63,836 nucleotides of DNA, filler included, from Acidimicrobiia bacterium (GCA_041577335.1; 4 parts of 4 records of this genome joined end to end with filler, not necessarily neighbours in it); one strand, 5' to 3'. Numbered from the whole stretch's first letter, positions 39,107 through 49,324 are shown. Notes: generated by a model not told the origin, from the sequence alone. Translations and numbers: made by a program.

Positions 39107-39367
39107 CGGCACCTACGAGTGCGGCACAGGGCTGCCGCGTGGGGCTGGGGTGGGCACTCGAAGATGAGAGAAGTGGCGAGCGATTTGGGGTGGCCTTCGG
39201 CCCCAGCGGTCGTGGCGCCATTCTTCCGGGATGTGCTGGAGGCTGGAAATGGATTTCGATCAGCCGCACGCCAAGTAGGCAGCGCCGACCAGGCGCCGCC
39301 ACGGGCTGATCTCGAGTACGGTCGAGCCTTTGTTGGTCGCGGTAGGCTGGCTTGCGGGAGGCTCAAC

Positions 39368-40105
39368 ATGCATCTGGAAGAAGTAGCGGGTGGCGTGTTC
39401 TGGGTGGAGGCGTCGCACACCAACTTCGTGCTGATCGTCGACGGGACCGACGTGACCATGGTCGACAGTGGCTATCCAAAGGATGGGGACCTGGTCGATG
39501 CATCCGTGGCCAATATCGGGCGGTCGCTCGCTGACGTCCAGGCGATGGTGCTCACCCATGGTCACGTGGATCACAAGGGTTCGGCTGAACGTCTGCGGCT
39601 TGATCATGAGCTTGCCGTCTACTGCCACCGTAGCGAGGCTCGACTTGCCCGCGGGGAGATCAAGCAGCAGATCTCGACTTGGGAGCTGCGCCGTGCGTGG
39701 CGGCCGAAGATCTTCAGATTTGCCGTCAATGCGATCCGCCACGGCGGTTTGCAACCGGAACATGTCACCGATGTTTCCACATTCGGCGACGCTGAGGCCA
39801 TCGATGTTCCCGGAAGCCCGATCGCAATCTTCACCCCCGGCCATACCGAAGGCCACTGCGGTCTTCATCTTCCCGAGAAGGGTGTGCTGATTACCGGTGA
39901 TGCGCTGATCACAGTTGATCTCTGGGATCCGGGTCGTCGCGGTCCCCAGATGATCCGGCGCCAATTCAACTACGACCATGATCAGGCGATCGAGTCGTTG
40001 GATCGCTTCACCGATCTGGCGGCTGATGTGATTGTTCCCGGTCACGGCGAACCGTGGCGCGGTCATCCACGGGAGGCCGTGGCGCAGGCCCGGGAGGTTG
40101 GTTAG
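39368..40105 (+). CDS. MBL-fold metallo-hydrolase
   Basis: THGHVDHKG, TPGHTEGH, TGDAL and PGHG. Confidence 0.9.
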   Translation: MHLEEVAGGVFWVEASHTNFVLIVDGTDVTMVDSGYPKDGDLVDASVANIGRSLADVQAMVLTHGHVDHKGSAERLRLDHELAVYCHRSEARLARGEIKQQISTWELRRAWRPKIFRFAVNAIRHGGLQPEHVTDVSTFGDAEAIDVPGSPIAIFTPGHTEGHCGLHLPEKGVLITGDALITVDLWDPGRRGPQMIRRQFNYDHDQAIESLDRFTDLAADVIVPGHGEPWRGHPREAVAQAREVG

Positions 40106-40427
40106 CGGCGCAAGCTTCCAGCCAATGTGCGCCAGGCGGGTCTTCTGTTTGGCGTCGAAGGCTGAACCTGGCGCACCTCCAGCTTCGGACAGGCTTGAGA
40201 TGCTTCAGCACACCGAAATCATCCGCCCCGATCAACAAATCCAGCTCGATGACACGCACCTCGCCGCGTGCTCGAGATCGGCACTTCGGCGTGCGCTATC
40301 GGAGCCCGCGTTCGGTCACCGATCCGGAGGCGCCTTTATGCCGAAAGCTCTTGCCGGAGGCCACGGATCGCAGCAAGCGGAGTCGGGTCATTGCGTCATG
40401 CTCGGCACGGGGACCGCCCAACAGCCG

Positions 40428-40769
40428 TCACCCTGACAGCCGGTGCGGCGACGCAGCGGCGTCGTCGTCGATGAATGTTGCTATTAGCTCCCCGTCTTCG
40501 TCCACCCACTCCACCAAGATCGGCGTCCCGGCGACGAGATGCTCGCGGAGATGGCCGAGCGGGAACGCAAAGTCGCCCTCTACAGAAGGGACGAAAGTGA
40601 GGTCCTCGCCGTCGGTGGTGCGCACCGTGAACCGAGTCACCTCGTTGAACGCGCCTTCAACATCGACGACAACGCCTGTCGCGGCCGATCGCACGCTGCA
40701 GGAGGACAGCGTCAGGATGACGGCGAGGAAGCCGACCCCGAGCGCAATTCTGCCTCGAGCGAATCCCAT
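40428..40769 (-). CDS. Small lipoprotein at the end of the cta operon
   Basis: Lipobox LSSC, beta-rich body and HLREH motif. Its start overlaps the ctaG 3' end. Confidence 0.6.
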   Translation of the reverse strand: MGFARGRIALGVGFLAVILTLSSCSVRSAATGVVVDVEGAFNEVTRFTVRTTDGEDLTFVPSVEGDFAFPLGHLREHLVAGTPILVEWVDEDGELIATFIDDDAAASPHRLSG

Positions 40770-41560
40770 TCGCGTTGCTCCCGGTACCAGCGAAACCAAA
40801 TGACCGTGATCGTGCCCCACAGGATTGCACCGCCTCCGAGCTTCATGAGGATGCCGGCGAGACCTTGATCCAACATGGGGCTCCATCCAAACACGCGAGG
40901 CGCTTCGGCATAGATCTGATAGAGCGGGGTATTGCCGAATACGAGGAAGCTGGCGGGCACCGTGGGCATCAGGGAGTTGACGAAGAGGTACAGCATCTGG
41001 CCGGGCCGGCCGAGTTTGGGGACTTCCGGGAGGGGCGAGAGCACCGGCATCCAGGCGAGCAGGGCGGACGAGAACAGGACGGCATGGACTACGAAGTGAC
41101 TGACCGGGTTGGTGATCATGCTTTCGATGATGACCGGCCAGTGCAGTCCCACCAGCGCCACGTTGAAGATGACCAAAGCCGGCACCGGCCGTGCCAGAGG
41201 CTTCAGGACGGAGAGGATCGCCGGCCGGCCGAGCAGGTAGCGCGCCATCCATGTGGGCGTTCCGATGAGGAGCAGCGGCGCCGCCACCAACGCCATGACC
41301 AGGTGTTCGAGCATGTGAAACGAAAAGAGCGCGCCTTCGCCGATATCGTGAATCGGCCAGTCGGTGACCAGCCACAGTAAGGCGAGACCGCCATAGAACT
41401 GGAGGACTTTGCGGCGAGGCATCGGATTGGTTCCTGCGGGAGCCACCAGCGGACCGATGCGAGCTCCGAGATACCAGTAGGCAACTCCAAGAAAGATGAG
41501 CACCGCCCAAATATCCCAATGAGGGTGCCAGGCAAGGACCTCTTCGACGGTGTCAGGCAT
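40712..41560 (-). CDS. ctaG: Cytochrome c oxidase assembly factor CtaG (caa3 type)
   Basis: FSFHMLEH, APLLLIG, LHWP and DQGLAGILMK. Confidence 0.87.
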   Translation of the reverse strand: MPDTVEEVLAWHPHWDIWAVLIFLGVAYWYLGARIGPLVAPAGTNPMPRRKVLQFYGGLALLWLVTDWPIHDIGEGALFSFHMLEHLVMALVAAPLLLIGTPTWMARYLLGRPAILSVLKPLARPVPALVIFNVALVGLHWPVIIESMITNPVSHFVVHAVLFSSALLAWMPVLSPLPEVPKLGRPGQMLYLFVNSLMPTVPASFLVFGNTPLYQIYAEAPRVFGWSPMLDQGLAGILMKLGGGAILWGTITVIWFRWYREQREWDSLEAELRSGSASSPSS

Positions 41561-41581
41561 GGCCGGACCGTGCCGACGTCA

Positions 41582-41899
41582 CTACAAGATATCCGCTGTG
41601 AACAGCAGAGCCACGATCACTGCCCCGTACAGTGCCAGAGCCGCAAACATGCCCACCATGAAGAACCTCGTCAGGAGCCGGTGCTCGTATCGGAGGTGCA
41701 TGTACCAGCCCACGACGATGACGAACTTGATGATCGCCAGGATGATGAGCGCCGGCACGGTGAGAGAGGGGCCGATTTCGCCGACGTAGCGCTCCAGGTA
41801 GAACAGGCCCACCTCGATGGCGGTGAGCACCGCCAGCAAGATCGCGATCTGGACATAGAGCCTGGGCGTCGGATGGGGTGCGTGTGTCTGATCAGCCAT
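41582..41899 (-). CDS. ctaF: Cytochrome c oxidase subunit IV
   Basis: LTAIEV and KFVIVVGWYMHLRYE, three TM helices, operon context. Confidence 0.85.
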   Translation of the reverse strand: MADQTHAPHPTPRLYVQIAILLAVLTAIEVGLFYLERYVGEIGPSLTVPALIILAIIKFVIVVGWYMHLRYEHRLLTRFFMVGMFAALALYGAVIVALLFTADIL

Positions 41900-41900
41900 A

Positions 41901-42512
41901 TCAGGGAATCAAGTAGACGATGGTGAAGATGACGATCCAGATGATATCGACGAAGTGCCAGTACAGGCCGACCAACTCCAAGTTGAGGCCCTGTTTCTCC
42001 GTCAGCCCCTCACTGCGCCGTGAGATACCGTACAGCGACAGCAGCATCACGATGCCGAGGAATACGTGGGCACCGTGGAAGCCGGTGAGGAAGAAGAAAG
42101 CGGAGGCAGCCGGGTTGGATGTGAGCGTCATACCTTCGAGTACGAATTCCGTGAACTCGAAGACTTGTCCACCGATGAAGACCATCCCGAGCATGGCGGT
42201 GGCGAGAAGCCACGTTCGTGTGCGGTTCTGGTCGCCTGTCGACCAGGCGTCGTGCGCCAGGACCATGGTGAGCGATGACATCAGCAGCACAAACGACGAA
42301 ATCGAGGTGAACGGTATGTCGTACAACTCGATCGGGAAGATGGTGGTATAGCCAAAATCACGGCCCTTGAACAGCAAGTAGTTCGAGATGAGCGCGCCGA
42401 AGAACAGGAACTCCGACGATAGGAACACCCACATCCCAAGCTTGCGGTTGTCGATTCCTGTCGACTCGTGCTCGTCGTGGTGGCCGATATCGGCTTGGGC
42501 GAGATCAGCCAT
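41901..42512 (-). CDS. ctaE: Cytochrome c oxidase subunit III
   Basis: GMWVFLSSE, TGFHGAHV and YWHFVDIIW. Confidence 0.93.
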   Translation of the reverse strand: MADLAQADIGHHDEHESTGIDNRKLGMWVFLSSEFLFFGALISNYLLFKGRDFGYTTIFPIELYDIPFTSISSFVLLMSSLTMVLAHDAWSTGDQNRTRTWLLATAMLGMVFIGGQVFEFTEFVLEGMTLTSNPAASAFFFLTGFHGAHVFLGIVMLLSLYGISRRSEGLTEKQGLNLELVGLYWHFVDIIWIVIFTIVYLIP

Positions 42513-44532
42513 CAGCCGCCTTCTTCGTCGGGTCCGCCGCCGGCTCGCCGTCGTTGTTGCCGTCGTGGTCGGGTTCGTGATGCTCTTCGTGGATTTCTTC
42601 GAGCGGTTCGACACCCCAGCCGACGAACGAGCCGATGACGATGAGTGCCCCGGCGAGGAGGAGCGGGATTCCCCAAGGGCGTGTGTTGTAGACGATGCCG
42701 TACGCCAGGACGAAGACGCCGACGCCGACTATGAACGGGTAGTAGCTCGGGGCGGGCAGATGAATCGGGGCAGGCGGGTTGAGGCCGGTTTCCTCGAGTT
42801 CGGCAATGATGAGATCGGCGTTCTCGCGACGCACCGGCCGACCGTCATCATCGGTCGTGTATTTCTTCTCCCAGAAGTCGTCGAGTGCCGTGACGACCGG
42901 CGAAACTCCGAAGTTGTATTCCGGCGTGGGCGATGGCAGCGTCCACTCGAGGGTGCGGGCGTCCCAGGGGTCCATACCGGACTCGGGCCCGTTGCGCCGC
43001 GACCACCACCAGTTGAACATGAATATCAGGATGCTGACGGCGATGGTGAACGCTCCCACCGTGACGGCCATGTTCCACGGCCCCAAGCCGGCCTCTTCGG
43101 CGTATACCCATGTGCGGCGCACCATGCCATTCAGGCCCAACCAGTGCATGGGGGCAAAGGCGAGGTTGAATCCGATGAACATCACCCAGAAATGAATCTT
43201 GCCGAGCGCCTCGCTGTACATCTTGCCGGTGAGCTTCGGGAACCAGTAGTAGAGGCCGCTGAAGAGGCCGAAGATCGCCCCACCGAACAGCACATAGTGG
43301 AAGTGGGCGACGATGTAGTACGTGTCGGTCTGTTGCCAGTCGGCAGGCACGATGGCGTGGGTCACGCCCGACAAGCCACCAATGACGAACATGGCCACGA
43401 ATCCGAGCGAGAACAGCATGGGCGTGTTGAGCCGCACGCGTCCTCCCCAGATTGTCCCTATCCAGTTGAAGATCTTGATCCCCGTCGGGATGGCGATCGC
43501 CATCGTGGCGAGACCAAAGGCAGCCTGGGTGATGGGTGTGACACCCGATGAGAACATGTGGTGAGCCCACACGCCGAAACCCATGAAACCGATGGCGGCC
43601 CCGGCAAACACCACCGCTGCGTAGCCGAAGAGAGGTTTGCGGCTGAACGTTGGCAGCACCTCGGAGACGATGCCCATCGCCGGCAAGATGAGGATGTACA
43701 CCTCGGGATGGCCGAACAGCCAGAACAGATGCTGCCACAGAATGGGGTCTCCGCCGGCGGAAGCGTCGAAGAAGAGAGTGCCGAGCTGTCGATCGGCCGT
43801 GATCATGAACAGGGCCACGGCGATGATGGGAAGCGAGAAGAGCAGCAAGAACGCCACCACGGTGGTCATCCACACGAAGACGGGCATGCGCAGGAACGTC
43901 ATGCCTTTGGCGCGCATGTTGAAGACCGTGACGATGAAGTTGATCGAAGAGATCAGTGAAGCCAGGCCCAGCACCTGCAAACCCAACGCCCAATAATCCA
44001 TGACCGTGCCTGTGGAGAACTGCGCTCCCGAGTTGGGTGCGTAACCGAACCATCCGCCGTTGGCGCTCGAGCCGAGCCTGCTGACCTCTTCTGCCAGGTA
44101 GCCACCTTCGGGAGGGCCGGTCGTGCCGAACAGGAACGAGCTGTAGAGGAAGATTCCTCCAAACAAGAAAATCCAGAAGGACACGGCGTTCATTCGTGGG
44201 AAGGCGACGTCACGCGCGCCGATCATGAGCGGGAGCAGGTAGTTGAAGAAGGCGGCGGAGGCCGGCATCACGAACAGGAACACCATGGTCGTACCGTGCA
44301 TCGTGAACATGGCGTTGTACTCGGCGGCGGTCAAGAAGGTGTTCTCAGGCACCGACAGCTGAATTCGTAGGACGAGCGCTTCGATCCCGCCCATGATGAA
44401 GAAGAAGAAGGCGACGTAGCCGTACATGATGCCGATCTTTTTGTGATCGGCGGTCGTGATCCAACTCCAGAATCCTGTTGATGACTCGGGGCGCCGGAAT
44501 ATCGTTTTGATGGGGGCGGCTGTCGTCGCCAT
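42505..44532 (-). CDS. ctaD: Cytochrome c oxidase subunit I (A1 type)
   Basis: DHKKIG, TMHGT, GHPEVY, WAHH and AHFHY. Confidence 0.97.
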   Translation of the reverse strand: MATTAAPIKTIFRRPESSTGFWSWITTADHKKIGIMYGYVAFFFFIMGGIEALVLRIQLSVPENTFLTAAEYNAMFTMHGTTMVFLFVMPASAAFFNYLLPLMIGARDVAFPRMNAVSFWIFLFGGIFLYSSFLFGTTGPPEGGYLAEEVSRLGSSANGGWFGYAPNSGAQFSTGTVMDYWALGLQVLGLASLISSINFIVTVFNMRAKGMTFLRMPVFVWMTTVVAFLLLFSLPIIAVALFMITADRQLGTLFFDASAGGDPILWQHLFWLFGHPEVYILILPAMGIVSEVLPTFSRKPLFGYAAVVFAGAAIGFMGFGVWAHHMFSSGVTPITQAAFGLATMAIAIPTGIKIFNWIGTIWGGRVRLNTPMLFSLGFVAMFVIGGLSGVTHAIVPADWQQTDTYYIVAHFHYVLFGGAIFGLFSGLYYWFPKLTGKMYSEALGKIHFWVMFIGFNLAFAPMHWLGLNGMVRRTWVYAEEAGLGPWNMAVTVGAFTIAVSILIFMFNWWWSRRNGPESGMDPWDARTLEWTLPSPTPEYNFGVSPVVTALDDFWEKKYTTDDDGRPVRRENADLIIAELEETGLNPPAPIHLPAPSYYPFIVGVGVFVLAYGIVYNTRPWGIPLLLAGALIVIGSFVGWGVEPLEEIHEEHHEPDHDGNNDGEPAADPTKKAADG

Positions 44533-45551
44533 TACTCGAGACTCCTCAGGTAGGCCGAAAGCGCATCGATTTCGTCTTGAGAGAGGTTGAGGTTGGGCAT
44601 GTAGCTACCGGGCTTGATCTCGGGCGGGTTGGCCAGCCATGCCTCCAGCTCGCCTGGGACGGCGAGCTCGAGCACAGCCCCGGCAAACACCGATCGAGTG
44701 GCGAAATGGGTGAGATCGGGCCCGATTGCGTTCTCGAGAGGGTTGACGTCATCGATGTTGTGGCAGGCCGCGCATTGATTCCCCAGGAATATCTCCAAGC
44801 CCTGCTCTTCGAGCGACCCGGCGGCCGGCATCACCGGCGCCGCCACCTGCTCAGCCACCCATGCGTCGAAATCGGGCTGGTCGTAGGCGATCACTCTGGC
44901 CCGCATCAGCGCATGAGAGAGCCCACAGAACTCGGCGCAATGGCCCCAGTACTCGGCCGGTTGGTCGGCCTCCAGCTGCAGAACTGTCTCCTGGCCGGGG
45001 ATCAGGTACCGCTTCCCGTTCAACTTCGGTATCCAATAGTTGTGCACCACGTCGTCCGACGTCATGCGAAGGCACACCTCGGTATCGGTCGGCATGGCGA
45101 GAACGTTGGCGGTGGTGATGTCGTAGTCCTCGTATTGGTACTCGAACCACCATTGATGCCCGATCACGTCGATGTTCATCGAGTCGTCAGCGCAATCCGT
45201 GTATTTGAAAATGGTCTGCACGGTGGGAACGGCGATGGCAGCGAGGATCACGACGGGGATGATGGTCCAGACGACTTCCAGTTTGGCATTGCCGTGGGTT
45301 TGTTTGGGCTCCTTGCGCCCTTTGCGGTCCCGAAACACGAAGATGGCGATCAGCAGAGCACCTTGAACCAGCACGAAGATCGCCGTGGCGATATAGAGGG
45401 TCATTTTGAAGAGCCCATCGATGTCTTCGGCGATCGGCCCTTGCGGATCGAGCGAGTCGAGAGGACCACCGGTTGCGCACGCCGATAGGACAATGGCGAG
45501 ACCAAGCGTGATGGCGAGCCGGAATCGCGGTCGACGTCGTTTCGTCGCCAT
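44532..45551 (-). CDS. ctaC: Cytochrome c oxidase subunit II with fused cytochrome c (caa3 type), lipoprotein
   Basis: Lipobox LSAC, QWWF, DVVH, CuA motif CAEFCGLSHALM, and C-terminal CAACH...MP heme c site. Confidence 0.93.
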   Translation of the reverse strand: MATKRRRPRFRLAITLGLAIVLSACATGGPLDSLDPQGPIAEDIDGLFKMTLYIATAIFVLVQGALLIAIFVFRDRKGRKEPKQTHGNAKLEVVWTIIPVVILAAIAVPTVQTIFKYTDCADDSMNIDVIGHQWWFEYQYEDYDITTANVLAMPTDTEVCLRMTSDDVVHNYWIPKLNGKRYLIPGQETVLQLEADQPAEYWGHCAEFCGLSHALMRARVIAYDQPDFDAWVAEQVAAPVMPAAGSLEEQGLEIFLGNQCAACHNIDDVNPLENAIGPDLTHFATRSVFAGAVLELAVPGELEAWLANPPEIKPGSYMPNLNLSQDEIDALSAYLRSLE

Positions 45552-45776
45552 AGATTGAGCCCTGTGCATAGTTCGGCGTCGACCTCTCCTAGAACAACCT
45601 ACGTCGGGCATTCTACGTTCGCGGATGCGGCGCTCCAATTCTGGCCGGAAATCCGGCGGTTCGCCGGGGAAACGCCCGATATCTGCTGAGATCTATGATC
45701 TCGGGAACCATTGATCCGCTTCGGGAGTACCTCATCGTCGCCGGCTTCTCAGTCGTGGCGGCAGCCGCGACGTGTC

Positions 45777-47462
45777 CTACGCAGGCGAGATCCGATAGAT
45801 CGATCCGCTGAAGGTCACCACGTACACAACACCATCGGCATCTCGCCCAAAGGCAGCAACCGCCCCGACGCTGCCGAACTCGCTGGTCCAATCCTGGTGA
45901 TTGGTCACCGATCCGCCGTCGTATTCGAAGCTCTTGATCCAGCCGCTGATGAAGTCGGCATAGAAGTACTGGCCTTTGAGCTGAATGAGCTCGTCACTCT
46001 GGTAGACCCACCCGCCGGTCACCGAACTGCCAACCGAATGGCTGTAGTCGTATGCCGGGAATGTCAATCCCGCTGTCGAGCAGGACCCGCTGAAGCACAG
46101 GTCGCCTTCGAACAGCTTCCAGCCGTAGTTGAGGCCACCATCTGCGGCCGGCTCGATGTCGATCTCTTCTCGCGAGCCCTGACCGACATCGCCGATGTAC
46201 ATCATGTCGCCGTCGAATGACCACCGCCACGGATTCCGGAGGCCGATTGCCCAGATCTCGTCGGCGCCGGAGGCACCCACGAACGGGTTGTCCGCCGGGA
46301 CTTCATAAGGCGACGCGCCGTCGACGTCGAGGCGAATCATGCTGCCGAGCAGCGTGTTCTTGTTTTGGCCATGGCCGAGCGGGTCGCCCCCGCTGCCGCC
46401 ATCACCGAAGCCGACATACAGGTAGCCGTCGGGACCGAAGTGCATGTCGCCGCCGTTGTGATTCGAATACGGCTGATCCACGGTCATGATGGTCACGCCG
46501 GTGCCTTGATTGAGCTGGTCGGGGTCGCTCGAGACTTCGAATGACCGGATGTAGCTGGAATGATCACCACTTCCCACCGTCGCTCCGGAGTAGTAGACGA
46601 AGACGCGTGGGTCGGCGGGATAGTCGGGGTGGAATTCCATCGAGAGGAGACCCATCTCGCCTCCGCTGATCACGGGCCCGTCGATGTCGAGGAAAACGCT
46701 CTCCTGCCCGTCCTCGACGATGTAGATGACGCCGGAGACGGTGGTGATGAAGACACGGTCGTCGTTCGGGAGGAAATCGACGTCGACTGCGCCCGGGTAG
46801 CCGGAGGCGACGAGGTCGAGTGTGGGCTCGAAGAGCGGAGGGACGAACAGCGCTGTGAGCCCGAGGGCTCGGCCCAGAAACGAGGCCATCTGGTCGCGTC
46901 GGACCGGCGTGCTCGGGCAATAGGTGGTGGCCGTGCACCCGGCGGTGATCCCCGAGAAGGCGAGCCGGTTGATGTCGGTCTCGAACACCGACTGGTCGTC
47001 GTCAGAGAAGGCGTCGATGTCCGCGCCCTCGGTGAGGTCGAACGCCCGGCCCAAGAAGGCGGCCATCTGGCCCCGGGAGACAGCGTTCTGGGGGCAGTAT
47101 TCCGTTCCCCCGCACCCCGTGGTGATGCCCGCATGGGCCAGCTTGTTGATATCCGTTTCGAACACCGACTCGTCATCGTCGGTGAAATAGTCGATACCGC
47201 CGCCCTCGGTGAGCTCTAGAGCACGAACCAAGAATGCCGCCATTTGTGCGCGTGTGATGTCGTCGGCCGGGCAGTATTCGTCGTTGTCGGGCGGATTGCA
47301 GCCGCTGGTGATTGCCTCGGCGGCGATTGCCTCGATGTAGCCCTCGTGCGTGTTGCCGTTGTCATCGGTGAACGTCCCGCCCGGGGGCAGCTCTTGAGCG
47401 CCCGCCGCCAAGGGCAACAGCAAGGACAGCACACAAACGATGATCACACTGGGAACTCGCAC
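45777..47462 (-). CDS. Secreted SLH-like repeat protein with a PQQ-dependent sugar dehydrogenase (GSDH) domain
   Basis: Signal peptide, three SLH-like repeats, then GEMGLL, NHNGG, FGPDGYLY and GLRNPWR. Confidence 0.85.
   Translation of the reverse strand: MRVPSVIIVCVLSLLLPLAAGAQELPPGGTFTDDNGNTHEGYIEAIAAEAITSGCNPPDNDEYCPADDITRAQMAAFLVRALELTEGGGIDYFTDDDESVFETDINKLAHAGITTGCGGTEYCPQNAVSRGQMAAFLGRAFDLTEGADIDAFSDDDQSVFETDINRLAFSGITAGCTATTYCPSTPVRRDQMASFLGRALGLTALFVPPLFEPTLDLVASGYPGAVDVDFLPNDDRVFITTVSGVIYIVEDGQESVFLDIDGPVISGGEMGLLSMEFHPDYPADPRVFVYYSGATVGSGDHSSYIRSFEVSSDPDQLNQGTGVTIMTVDQPYSNHNGGDMHFGPDGYLYVGFGDGGSGGDPLGHGQNKNTLLGSMIRLDVDGASPYEVPADNPFVGASGADEIWAIGLRNPWRWSFDGDMMYIGDVGQGSREEIDIEPAADGGLNYGWKLFEGDLCFSGSCSTAGLTFPAYDYSHSVGSSVTGGWVYQSDELIQLKGQYFYADFISGWIKSFEYDGGSVTNHQDWTSEFGSVGAVAAFGRDADGVVYVVTFSGSIYRISPA
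46855..47385 (-). repeat. Three tandem intragenic SLH-like repeats
   Basis: F(T/S)DD...I..LA..GIT.GC..x..YCP....R.QMA.FL.RA occurs three times. Confidence 0.85.
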
Positions 47463-47534
47463 GAGTGAGGAGGGTAGGCAAGGGTTGCCGTACCAGGCAA
47501 GCGCCGACGGAGTCACGCCCGTCTCGAAGCACCG

Positions 47535-48305
47535 TCACTCGGCCGAACGAGCAACCCGGAGATCGGTGGTGAGCAGGCCCCGCAGCGCAAACAGGCTGAC
47601 GATGGCGACGGAGACCGCCACCGACCCAAGGATCAGATACATGATGGCGAGCTGCGCCACGACGGCGGTAGCCGGGTCGGCGCCCGCCAGGAGCAAACCG
47701 GTCATCGCCCCCGGTAGCGCGATGAGGCCAACGACCTTGGTTCGCTCCACCTGCGGGAGCACGGCAGTGCGGGCGACATCCTGGCCGGCGAAACGGGCGA
47801 TGCCACTCCTGCCCATGCCCAAGGCCAACAGTGCCTCCAACTCTCCGGAGCGGAGGGTTCGCCAATCAGCCACTCGGTTTATCGAGAGAACGGTGGCGGG
47901 GAGTGTGTTGCCGATGGTGATGCCGGCTGTCACCACGATGGCGATCGGATCGAGGGGGAGGAGGCGAAGCCCGAAGACGATCACCATGGCCAATGCGGTC
48001 GAACCACCGATGGCACCGATCGCCGCGGGCACCACCGCCGGGCCGGCCCTCGCTCTTCGCCCGGTTGTCCATCCGGCAACAATCACCATGATCACGACCC
48101 AGATCCATGCGAGTGGCTCCGAGTCGCTGACCCAGCCCAGGACGACGCCGGCCAGCATGAGCTGAACGGCGGCACGCAATGCTGCCCAGACGATGGTGCG
48201 TTCGATACTGAGCCGCCACCAGATCGACAGGCCGACGCCGAGAGCCACGAGCACCAGTGAGGCGGCGAGTACAACAGCTGGTGAGGCTACCGAGGTGAGA
48301 TCCAC
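47535..48305 (-). CDS. UPF0014/FetB-like ABC transporter permease
   Basis: RAAVQL, GITIGN, GLIALPGAMTGLLLAGADP and QLAIMY. Confidence 0.85.
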   Translation of the reverse strand: MDLTSVASPAVVLAASLVLVALGVGLSIWWRLSIERTIVWAALRAAVQLMLAGVVLGWVSDSEPLAWIWVVIMVIVAGWTTGRRARAGPAVVPAAIGAIGGSTALAMVIVFGLRLLPLDPIAIVVTAGITIGNTLPATVLSINRVADWRTLRSGELEALLALGMGRSGIARFAGQDVARTAVLPQVERTKVVGLIALPGAMTGLLLAGADPATAVVAQLAIMYLILGSVAVSVAIVSLFALRGLLTTDLRVARSAE

Positions 48306-48417
48306 GAGATCAGCCTACGGCGTGGGCGGGTGGGCCCAGCGGCGCAATCCCCGGGGTGGGTGCTGCCCACGGGCAGCTCGAGTGACACTCAGCCCGAGCC
48401 GGCTCGGGTTGACCAGC

Positions 48418-49245
48418 TCAGGGGAGTGCCGCCGCCAGTTCGGCAGGATCGATAGCGCCCTCGAATGTCGCGGCAATGGTCCCATCACCGTTCACCACGA
48501 ACACCCACGGCTCGGAGGGAAGACCCCATTCCGTGACGGCCGGGGCGACGATGAGATCTTCGAACCGTTCGGCGTCCAGGTTCTCGTAGACCTCGACATG
48601 GACGAAGTTCACGTCGCTCTGCGTTGCGGCGACCTCCTTGACGAATTCCAACGTCGGGCCACAGCTGGCCGTTTGGCACCACGCCGGGGTGGAGAACACG
48701 ATCACAGAGGGCTTGCCGCTGGCTACCGCATCCGCCACCGACAGCTCGTAGAAGCGAGGCTCTGGATTGGGATCTGAGCTGATTTCCACAAGAGGACGGT
48801 CGGCCGCCGTCGGCGTGTCCGATGGCGGTGCCAGGTCGCCTACGTCGGGAACGATTCCTTCTTCGGCGACGGAGAAGGGCACAGGGCCCGAGGCCGGTAG
48901 CCCCTCGGCTCTGACGATGAGGCCGTAGTTGCCGGGATCGAGGAACGTGACATTGAAGCGGTAGATTCCCCGCACTCCGGGGATGGTGTCGAGGTAGGTC
49001 GCATCGACACTGCCCAGGACGTTGTCAGGCTCACCCACGAAAACGTCGATCTGGGCGGGACGATCGGCGGCTGCGAGCGACTCGGCATCTTCGGATATCA
49101 AGCCGACGAGCATCCGTTGCGGGCCGTTGATCGTGAGGGTGCCGGGGGCGTTGGCCACCACTGCCAACGGCGGTTCGGCACCGCTGCCACAGCCGGCGAC
49201 GATCAGCAGCAGGATTGCAATAGCGAGGGCTGGCCAGGGCTTCAT
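48418..49245 (-). CDS. Thioredoxin-fold lipoprotein (CxxxxC)
   Basis: Lipobox VAGC, FSTPAWCQTASCGP and WGLPSEPWVFVV. Confidence 0.75.
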   Translation of the reverse strand: MKPWPALAIAILLLIVAGCGSGAEPPLAVVANAPGTLTINGPQRMLVGLISEDAESLAAADRPAQIDVFVGEPDNVLGSVDATYLDTIPGVRGIYRFNVTFLDPGNYGLIVRAEGLPASGPVPFSVAEEGIVPDVGDLAPPSDTPTAADRPLVEISSDPNPEPRFYELSVADAVASGKPSVIVFSTPAWCQTASCGPTLEFVKEVAATQSDVNFVHVEVYENLDAERFEDLIVAPAVTEWGLPSEPWVFVVNGDGTIAATFEGAIDPAELAAALP

Positions 49246-49324
49246 GATGTCGTAAGGCTACCTCTGTCCGAATGTATGCTCTCACGGCGGCGGTAACCTT
49301 GCTGACAGTCTCTGAGGGTATTCG

